Assembly: GCA_002245135.1 (NCBI GenBank)
Contig: NGBS01000885.1
Span: 124,001-162,872 of the forward strand
Reading direction: 5' to 3'
Source of the DNA: Proteromonas lacertae
Lineage: Eukaryota
Length of the DNA stretch: 38,872 nt
This document shows, in pieces, positions 12,306 through 23,600 of this stretch. Made by a program: the position numbers and the translations under genes. The notes beneath the pieces were generated by a model that worked only from the letters and a program-made list of their open reading frames with translations, did no database searches and was not told the DNA's origin. Each line of letters starts with the position of its first letter. The first letter of the stretch is position 1.

Positions 12306-13101
12306 AAATAAATAAATATACCCTATTATAAATGGTAAGAAAATATAAGCAATATAGAGTATTGGCAATAAAACGTTATTATATCTCAATATTTTACCTT
12401 TACAACCAAAATTTAAGAAGATAATAATGGAGAATAATATATATTGGATAAATTCAACTTCTGCACCTAAACCATCTATTATATACTTCCATGTAAATTC
12501 AGGTTGTCTTGCATTTACCCAAAATGGTAATAAATAGGTGAATAAACAGTCTGTAAATCCATATCCAATAGCAAAGGCAAGACATTTGTAGAATATTGAT
12601 TTAGCATGGTAATATTTTGAACGGAATAAGTATGTAAAGGGTAATGTGTCGATTAACACTGATCCAATACGAATTAACACCTATAAAAAATAAGAATATA
12701 TAATTCTTATAATGAATTTTAACAAATAAAACAATCAGAGCCCCTGCGCGCCTACTATCACAGATTCTTTCTCTGTTGGCGCTGTTTATCTATCACTTTG
12801 TTTTAAGATTTATATATATTGATGGATTTATTATATACTTGAATAAATATTTGTGAATTTGAAGAGTGTGGGAAACAATTCGCTAATAAAAACATCTATT
12901 TGAACAATATTTACATTTTTATTTATACTTTCAGCATTTGCGCCGGTATATAAATGAATCCTGCTGATACTGTTGCCATTGTATTACAATTATCTGATCT
13001 ATTGAATAGAATTATTGAAAATACATGTTAAAACCATAGTATGCAAGTACATATGGAGTAAAAGTCAATAATGTGCAAGTCAAAAAGTGTAGAAAAGCCA
13101 T
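12140..13101 (-). CDS. TMEM147: TMEM147 (ER BOS/nicalin-NOMO complex subunit)
   Basis: N-terminus MAFLHFLTCTLLTFTPY, then QMLK|MFLLANCFP and AIGYGFTDCLFTYLLPFWVNARQPEFTWKYI, matching the TMEM147 P.WV.AR..EF.WKYI motif. Four GT-AG introns, one of 158 nt (12681-12838). Confidence 0.88.
12728..12804 (-). ncRNA. Intronic box C/D snoRNA, predicted guide for U6 snRNA 2'-O-methylation (human C62 equivalent)
   Basis: Minus strand: AAAACAA-A-GTGATAGA (C-like box) ... CAGA (D') ... TGTGATAG (C') - TAGGCGCGCAGGGGCT - CTGA (D box) - TTGTTTT. It has a perfect 7-bp terminal stem. GCGCAGGGGC is complementary to conserved U6 GCCCCUGCGC. It is a GC-rich island in an oversized intron. Confidence 0.75.
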
Positions 13102-13176
13102 AAATTAAAAAAATGCAAAATCAAAATCAAGCAAAAGTTTGATAATTTCTTCTTTTTTCTTCAAACAGATGATATA

Positions 13177-14182
13177 ATGAATGAAAATACAAAAAAATTA
13201 AAATTTAGACAAAGAGTATTATGTTCTATTACTGCTGGAGGTTTTACCGTTTGTTTAACTACGCCTATAGAAGTAGTGAAGGTTCATATGCAGGTATGTA
13301 ATTACTATATTTTTTAAATAAATAGATGAAACCAGTTCATAAAGTGAAAATGAATCTTACTTATTTTAAAGATTTGGTTACATATCCTTTCAAATTGCTT
13401 TACAAAGTAGGAAGTGAAATGGGAATTCGTGCTTTATGGTCTGGTTTAGGATTATCATTTATTACTGTCGTTCCTTGTTCTGTTATGTATTTATCTTTGT
13501 ATGAAGTAGCTGTTCAAAAATTTCAAAGTTTAAAGTTAATAAAAGATCATAAATCATTAAACAATATTTCTCCATTTATTTGTGGTAGTTTAGTCAGAAT
13601 TTTTGAATCACCAGTTCTAACTCCTTTAGAAGTAGTAAGAATAAGACAACAAGCATAGTATATATATGTTATTATTATTATTATTATTGTAATAGTTTTA
13701 ATCCAAGCATTTTTGAGACTTACAGATATTGTTTAAAAGAAGCAAAAACAAAAGGATATAAAATCTTTTACAAGGGTTTCTTCAGTACTTTAATGAGAGA
13801 TATGTTCTGGGGAGGTTTGTATTGGCAAACATATACACTTACATCACATTATCTCAATAAAAGAAGTGAAATTAAGAAAATTAAGAAAAATTCATCCAAA
13901 AACAATTATAAACTAATCTCTTTCATATGTGGAGGAGTTGCTGGCTCTATTGGCACAATATTTGTCACTCCATTTGATACAGTTAAGACAGTTCAACAAA
14001 TTAATCGAGATGAAGCTGTAGATTTCATGACAGTAATAAAAGTGATGATTAAAAAGGAAGGAGTTATGTCTTTATTCAGAGGAACTGGTCCACGACTGTT
14101 TAAAGTATTTCCAACTTGTGCTATTTCAATTACTGTGTATGAAGTAGGAAAGAATTATTTTACTAAAAACAATAATAAATAA
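13177..14182 (+). CDS. Mitochondrial carrier family protein, SLC25A39/40 (Mtm1)-like
   Basis: Three PX[DE]XX[KR] motifs (TPIEVVK, TPLEVVR, TPFDTVK). GIRALWSGL and LMRDMFWGGLYW resemble SLC25A39/40. GT-AG introns at ~13294-13325 and ~13658-13696. Confidence 0.85.
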
Positions 14183-14628
14183 ATGTTTATCTATAATTAC
14201 TTTTAGTCTTTTAATAGATGTTGATCAGTAATATTACATTCTAACAATATCAAATACAGTATAACAGGGGATTACTTAAATAAAAAATAAAATTAATTTG
14301 ATACTACTTTGTAAACCTTTAATATACAATATTATAATGTTTACTATACCATATTATTTAACTAACACTTATTAACGAATTCTAGTTAAACCAATACTCA
14401 TTTTACGATTTCTTTAAACATAAAACAATCAAATTATAACTAAAAGTTTAAACATTTCTTCTTAACAAAACATGTAATTACTTCGACTGGTACATAAAGT
14501 TTGTTTTTGAAACAATATTCATATGTGTACTTGTTACAAACAGTTAAAAATTTGTTCTGTTTATTAGAATAGACTGCAATTTATTTTACTAATGAATAAC
14601 GAATAATTATATAGCCGTTTCATAATTC

Positions 14629-17600
14629 ATGAATTATCATTTTCTTAGGTTTATATTGCTACTACTGCTGTTCACACAAGTCAGCTGTAAAAATGCTATA
14701 AAAATTGGATTTTTAATGAATAATCCACACTCAAGTAGTGATGATGGTTATAGAGATGACTTCTTTAAGCAAGTCAACATCTCATCAACTTTTAAATATA
14801 CTGTAGATATAGTAAGTAAAGAAGTAGGTAGTAATGGACAAGGATTAGAAAAAGTATTATTGGATTATAAACAGAATGGCATTCTTAATATTTTCAATCT
14901 AGTCAAATTTGCGAATTATACCGAGATTAACACTCTGTTATCGGATAATGGTATGATATTGTGGAATATTCACCCTTTACCTGAAACACAGATATATAGC
15001 AATATCATATTCTTTGGATCAATATACAAAACACTGGAAAGATGTATATATTATATTATTTATTGTTTTACTGTTTTAGTGTACATTTATGCTAATGAAA
15101 ACCGAGACTGTGTATTTATTTATCAAAACTCTCATCCTTATGCTTCAGCCGTTAAAAAGATGTTGGAATATTTCCCAGTTCCTCCTCTAGAAATAATTGA
15201 ACTCCCTGAAACACCAACAGACTTAACAAATACAATATCCACATTGAAGAAATACCCATTAGTGAATCAAATAGGTTTTTCTTCCATAGTGTTAGTGAAG
15301 AATGCAATTTTGGCAGATTTAGTGAAAGCATATTATGACAATGGATTAGAAACCCAAGGAAATGATGGTGGATTTGATATCGATGTAATTCTTGAAGATG
15401 ACACAAATCCTTCAACATTAGCAACATCAGACCCAGAGTGGGAGTATATCAGGTTTGTATTAGCTTATAATCAAGATAAACCTGTCATAGACACAACATT
15501 ATTGACATCTGATGATAATCAAGTGGTTGTTCATAAACTGTATGAAAATATTGTTTTATATTATTATTTAATAGATTTATGTTATATAAAATGTTTGAAG
15601 CTGGTTATTTTAGATCAAAGACATTAGAATATCCAACTCTAATATACTCATTACATGATAGAAATGAAGATTTTGATGGTAGTAATACAATGACATTAAC
15701 ATCATATAATGTTATAATATATCCAATAATTGTTAATATATATACCACTACAAATGTATATACTTTATTATTCAATATAAAATCCACTTATGTTGAACAT
15801 ATGGGAAGACCAGAATTGATGAAGAATGTTTCTAGTCCTTTAAGTAAAGTGAATTATGTTCATTGTGTAGTTTTATTACATTATTTATCAGGTAATAACA
15901 ATTATTCAGAGAAAGCAGCATTAGTTGCTGAAATGCATCAAATTAGAAAATCTAATGAAGAAGTATATATATATATATTATTTAATGTTAATTAGGGTTT
16001 ATTGAAGATAACAGTTTATCCAATAATAATTGATTATAACAAACAATCCTTAAATGAAACAATGAAAATATTGAAATATTATTATGATTTAAATGTTTAT
16101 AATTTCATATTTACATCATTAACAATAGAAGATAGAAATCTATTAATTCAAAGTATATATAAATCATATTTTGTGTGTTTAAATAGAATTAAAATCAAAT
16201 GAAATGGAAGATATTCAAATAATGGCTGAAAGATATTCAACAGGTGTTGAATGTCAAGAGAAAATAGTTTACACTGGTTTATCATTTACAGTAAAAGCCA
16301 AATTTCTTTATATTAACGATTTAAGAAGTTCAACAGCTCCAGTAGCAATAATATCTAGTAGATTGAAATATGGAGAATTAACTTCGAATTATTTGAAGCA
16401 TATGTTGATGGAGAATGAAATAAAAGATATATATGAATATGTGATGAAAGATGATTCAATAGCTGAAGGATTTACAGCCATGTCTTATATTAGAATGCAT
16501 CTATTTGTAGATGATAATACAGAATCGAGTAATAAATTCTCAGGAAATGTGATTTTATGTTTAGAAAGTAGTTATGTTACATCCATATTAAATGCATATA
16601 AAGGATTATCTTTAGACCCATTAAAAACTTATGTGTTATACATAGCTGAATATGATGATAGAAATCCATTTATATTGGGTTATTACTCATTTGAACCATA
16701 TACATGGAATAGAGCCGATAAAGATTATTCTTTCATGAATACTATAAGTGAAATGGGTGGACATAATTCAATGTATATATCTTCGATGGAGTTTACTGCT
16801 TTTCATTCAGTTAAACTTTGGGATAAAGTAATTCGTAATTCAATGACATTGAAATTTGATTTATTAATTCAACAATTATTCACAGCAAGAATTGATACTA
16901 TTCATGGTCCATATAGTTTATCTGATTCTGGTTATTCTTACCAGTATATAGTAAAGAATGTAAAAGATAAAGCAGTAATGTCTTTAACAGATCAATTGGT
17001 TGAATCAAAAGCGAATTTACAGAGTTATTATTTTAATAATATAACAGGTGAAATGTGTGATTATAATAACTATATAACAGGAGGATCATTATTTATATCG
17101 AGTAGAAAAGAGTATTATATAGTGATTTTAGTTCCAATAAATGGATTTGATAGTAAAGAATCAATTGATATAGTTAGTAATATTTATTATGCAATTGATT
17201 TGATTAACACATTTGGAGGAATAGCGAATGGTATTTTAAGTCCATTATTGCCATTATATAAGAATAATATAACTGAAATAGAAGAAACATTGATAAATGA
17301 TTGTAAGAAAGAGAATGTAATAGCATTTTTAGGATTATTGAAAAAGAAAGAAGTAGAATATTTTAATCCAATATTACATAAGTATGATAAATTGTTGATA
17401 TTGTTTTATATCTATGAAGGTAATACATGTGAATCAAATATAATGGTTATATCTTTTTTCTGTTGATCTTAATATAATATATTTTCTTTAACTATCTCTT
17501 TTTTTTACTATTCTAGAGTAAATGAGAATAGTTTATATTTGACAATTGATACAATATTGAGTTTGACAAAGAATGTGATAATAATATATGATGATAAAGA

Positions 17601-20600
17601 TGAGTATAATAGTTTTTATTTATATATATAATAGATTTTCAATCTCATTAACTGAACAATCTAAGAATTATCTGATCTACAAAGGATATAATGATACAAC
17701 TTCCACAATAATAAAATCAGTAGGTTATGTAGATTTTAATGGAATTTGTACATCATATAAAAATCTTAATGAAAAAGTGGTATTTTTGGTTCTATCAATG
17801 GATGTAGATAATATAAAAACTAGTTATTCCAAATTTTATAGTAGATCTTGTTTAAATTCATATATGATCAATTATATATTTAGAGATAAATTTGACAAAA
17901 CTGATGCTTATCAATATTTTGTTTTTAGTTATAATCCACTTTCTACATCAAATTCTTTTAATAAACTAGTCCAAGATATAGAATTAGTTTCAGGAACAAA
18001 AGATTTAATCACTCAAAACTTCTTGAATGTTTATCAACCAATGAAAATATTGAGAGATGGATATTCAAAAATTGGTACTTTTAAGGTAGAATCCATGATG
18101 AATTATCTCCACAATTTAGAAATGAAAACAGCAGAATTGGATGGAGTGAAATTATCTGAATCTCATTATTATACCAAAGGATTTGCTATCATATTTTTAC
18201 CATGTGCAAGATCAGGTTTTATGGGTTGTATGGTGTTAGGTGATTTTGATCTCTTTGTGAATTATCCTTCACCAATGTATGGAAATGGATATGATACAAC
18301 AGTATTTATATAATGATTATTATTATTATTATAGATGTGGACAAACACTAGTAAAACATGCAATTTATTTTCATATGATATAAATAATATTTATAACAAT
18401 CCATTACATATTGGAATAATAATATCAAATGATAATTACCTAATAAAAGAACAAATAGAATTATTATTGAAATGGTCAGCAAACTATATAAGAAATGAAG
18501 ATTATCTAAACTCCAGAATAATTGTATATTTAATTGTTATTATTATTATTTATAGATTTATCATTATTATGAATGTCCAATGACTTCCTCCTTAATTGAA
18601 AAAATGGAAAATGATCAAAATGAATATAATATTCGAATCTTCATAGGTGGATGTGGAATAGATTCACTTCAACTATATTCTAACAGTTTATGTTTACAAA
18701 ATTCTATATTATTTTATACTGGAATAAATGAAGGAAATATTTGTAAAAAGAACATCTTCTTTGTATCTCCTTCACCTGATCAATTTATAAATTCAGCGAT
18801 GAAATTCTTATTATATGGATATGGAAGTAAAATCGCATTTATTTATGATAATAATGCAAGTAAAGAAAGTCAAAACAATCTAATTCTAAAAGCCATAAAA
18901 GAATTAGATATTCAAGTAATAAGTCATTTACAAATAGATTTAAATGAAAATGTTAATACTATAGCTTATAAAATAAACCAATTTATTGGTAATTTGGATT
19001 ACTATTCAAGTAGAAAAATAGATAATTTTTCAGATGCTTATATTATCTGTAATTTAGGTGATGATAAATTGAGATATTTCTTAAATAATTTAAATAATTA
19101 TAAGCTAAGTTATTATTATTACACATTCAATTTAGATAATTCATTTACTCAAAATAGAATTAGTATAAATTATTTCTTAATATCAGATATAATAAATCTA
19201 AAGAGTAACAAAATCATCAATTATATCAACAATGTATTAGGAAATGGTTATATAATGAATGGATATGAATTGAAGTATTTATTACCATTATTCTTGTTAT
19301 GTGAATCAATAAAAGACAGTTCTGTATTATCTAATTTTGATTCAACAGTAAATGAATTATATTCAAGTGATGGATTTGAAACGTTATTTGGGAAAGTAGT
19401 AGTTACTCAAGATAATGTGATAAGTCATCCACTAGCAATAAGTGCTTATAATAGTAATGGAATATTAACACATATGATGACTTTATTAGAACAATCCAAT
19501 GAAGCAAATGTATATATTGATTCAATATTACCAAAATCACTATACAGTTGTAACTGGCTTAGTTCAAGATCTGAGAAATACTATCGAACAGTGATAAATA
19601 TTGGTTTGTTATTATCATTAAGTGGATCTTATGCTAAACAAGATATTGCAATGTTATTATCATACATATTGATATGTAAAGTAATAAATGAGAAATACAA
19701 TGGAATAAGAGGATATATAATTTTACCAATAGTAAAAGATGTAAATTCTGATGTTAGTAAAGTAATTGGAGCTTTGGATGTATTTAAAGAAGAAAAGATA
19801 TCTTATATATTTGGATTAAGTAATTCCGAAATGCGAAATGAGATAAAAGAGAAATTATCTGAATATAAAATGATATTATTTTATCCTCATGATTATGAAG
19901 GATTAGAATGTAAAGAGAATATAGTATATGTTGGAATTCCATTTACATCCAGAACATTAATAAAATATTATATTGAAGGTGATTATTTAGAGACAAAATT
20001 TCGAGTTTTGATTTTATACAATGATGTAGAATACTGTCGAAAATCTAAAGATATATTGATAAGTGATTTATCGTCATTAAACATCAAAGTATTAAAATCA
20101 ATCAGAATATTAAAAGATGGAAGAAGTTATGAAGCCATAATCGAACAAGTATTTACATATTTAACTTCCAGTGGAATAATCATAGTAATGATGGAAACAG
20201 GTGAAATGCAATTTTTAGCTAAAGTATTTTATGAAAGTAAAATAGTAAGACCCAATTTCCGAATATATTATATTGGAGTTGATTATAATGTATTACCATT
20301 ATATTCTGGATATTTTGTGAATCAGTTGATAATGACAAGTAAGAAAGGAATAAAAGGAAATGAAATGAATGATTTGATAGTAGAATATTATAAAGATTTA
20401 TATCCATATTTAGTAGAATCCTATTATTCAACTAATAATATGTATTATTCAATAATAAGTGTATTAGCTTGGAAATCCATAATTGAGAATAAGAAATCAT
20501 TTTTATATGAAAATTTCATCAATTCAATAAGTGGAGTGAGTGTGAATTCTCCAATTGGAACATTAATGATAAATGAAAATCATATAATCTCAATTCCTTC

Positions 20601-23600
20601 GTTGATAATGACAATTCAAAACAAGAATTCTGTAGTCGATTTTAAAGTGTTATATGATTCTTCAACAGCTAGAATTCCCGATCCTTATTCAACTTATTTA
20701 ATAAGCGAAAATAAAAATATTTATAAATGTAGTTTTACCATTTCAATTAATAGTGAAAAATATTTGATAAATTATTTCCCATTATTTGTGATATTATCTC
20801 AAAAGAATGAAATTCATTTCTATCAAATGTTAGTAGCTTCAGCTGCGATAGTTGATGAGATAAATTTGAATGTTGAAACAACAAAGAAAGGTCGATTTCT
20901 GAATTTGATATATATATTCTACAATGATAATGATAATAAACTAAAAACTAAATTATTGAATGAAATAAATGAATTAGGAGTTGGAATAAAGAATGAAAAT
21001 GTGAATTTCTTGATGGTTGGATGTACAACCGATTATTGTCGAAATATAGCAGTTCGAATAACAGAAGAATATAATAGTTTATTGATAGTTAGTGGAAGAT
21101 TTATAGGTGAAAAATGTTATAAGAATGTATTTTATACCGGTCCAATAATCAATCAAGTAATTGATACAACAATCTCTTATATGGAAAATACAAATAAAGC
21201 AAACATAATCTTAATTAATACTCCAAATCCAAGTTGGGATAAATTCTATGAAGTATTTGTTAATTCAATCACATCTTCAATGAGAGTAGTTCAAAAGTTC
21301 AGTATGCAAGAAACTGAACGCTTTTCGATGGAAACAGTAAAACAATTAATCAATTCTTTAAGTGTAAGTAATGGAGGAATAATTGTTAGTTTCTTAAGTA
21401 AAAAGCCATTCTTTTCATTAATAGAAACTTTAGAGAAACTCAATCCTGATGAAAATAATTATTATATATTTTCAATGTCAATCTATGCTGATGAAGTTGA
21501 AAAGAAATATAATCGAATTCCTTATCAATTCTATTATGTTTCAAGTGTAGATAGTGCAGTAACAAGTAGTGATATAATTCAAAGAACTGAAGCTCGATTA
21601 TTGAAATATATTGGATTTTACAAAACAACTGATGATGGAATTTCCATGTCAATAGGAATAAATGCAATAATCAGTGCAATGAGTAATGCTGGTAGTTTAA
21701 ATTTGTTGATATTAAAACAATACTTATACAGTATATATCTAAATTCTGATCAAACTACTTGGTTTGATAAGAGTAATTATTTAGTTCGAGATATGTATGT
21801 ATATAAATACAGTGGAAAAGGAATAGAAGTAGTAAAAACAGTTCAAAGATCAATTCCTAAAGCATTTGATTGGAATGTTGCAGAAAATTATGGAAAAATG
21901 TGTGATACAACAACCTTAATAAATAATGAAAATATCAATAATGATGATGGTGGTGCAACATCCACAACAGAGATAATTCATGTGATATTAGTAACTTCAA
22001 ATTCAGGAATATATTATTCTGATTATGTAGGTATATCTGAAACATTTAAAGAAGCAATAATCCAATTAAATAATTTGGGAGGAATAAACAATAACAAACA
22101 AGTTGATTATTTAATAATTGATGATCAAAGTGATTCAACAATATGTTTTAACAGTTTAAATGAAGCGTTAAATACGAATGAATATGATGTGGTATTTAGT
22201 ACGAGTAATTCAATGTGTTTAGAAATGATATTACCCAAATTGAATGAAAAGAATATAAAACTATTTCATATTGGATTATTTGGAGGTGAAAGTTGTGAAA
22301 AGAATATAATTCATATTGGATTAGAACCAACCTCTATAGAAATCTATATAATGAGATTATTAAACCAAGGATTAAAGAATTTTGCAATAATTGGAACATC
22401 TGAATCTACTTCAATCAAATACAGTACATATGCTGAAAGATATATCGATTATTTGAAAGGAAGTGTGACATATTCCGTAAGTTTAGATGAGAATATAATG
22501 TCATTAAGTACAATAGCGAAGAATATAAAGACAATGTTACCAAGTGGAAATACAATTTTATTCTTTGGAAATGCTCGAATTCATTTATTATTATCTGAAG
22601 CTTTAGTTGATTTAGGTGTAACAACTGATGAATATGTTTTTTATTCATTCTCAACATGTGAAGAAGTAAGTCATTTGGCAGTATCAAATGGTTCAATAAA
22701 GAAATTATTACCATTCTTTTGTTTAAGACATTATTTAAACTCAATCGAATCAATTGGAAATATTGGATTTAAGAATATATTGAGATATCCATTACCAAGT
22801 GGTTTAGAAGTGAATGGATATCATGAATCAATGTATTCTTGTGTGTTATTTTGGGCTGAAACAATCAATCGATATTATTATTTAATAAGTGGAAAAGATG
22901 ATAAATCGATCAGAGATATAGGAATAGAATATTTCTACAAAAATGAATATACAACTCCAATAGGAAAATGGCAATTAGCAACAAATAACATAATCCAAAG
23001 AAGAACGTATGTAGGTCGATATTATAATGATGAAAATGGAAAAATAACAGTGAAAGCAATCGATGATAATGGAAGACCTAAAGCTTGGAAGAAGTTTATA
23101 AATACAGGATTATATAAATGTGTATTAAATGATACAAAGATAGGTTCAAAATACAAACAACCAAGTAACAAGATTGAGATAATAGCATCGTTGAATGGTC
23201 GAGATGAATTAAGAGGCCGAGAGATGGTAAGTGCGATATTATATGCAGTAGAAGAAATAAATACAAATGAAAATGGTTTAATAGGAAATCAGATTGAAGT
23301 AGATATAATTAGTAGTGATAGTGATTTAAAGAAATTAGATTCAATCAGTAAAGAAACCTCTGCATTAACAGGTGTAAATGCAATATTTGGTGGTTTATGG
23401 GATAAAGAATATAATATAATGATTCCTTATTTTAACAAAGCGAAGAAATTGTTATTTTATATGGGAATAGCGAAAGGTGAAAATTGTAATAGTTATGGAA
23501 TAGTGAATCAAGCTAATTTGAATCAATTACTTCATGCTTCTCGATCTACTTTATTGAGTTATTCAAAAGGATTTTGTATAATCTATAATGATAAAGATGA

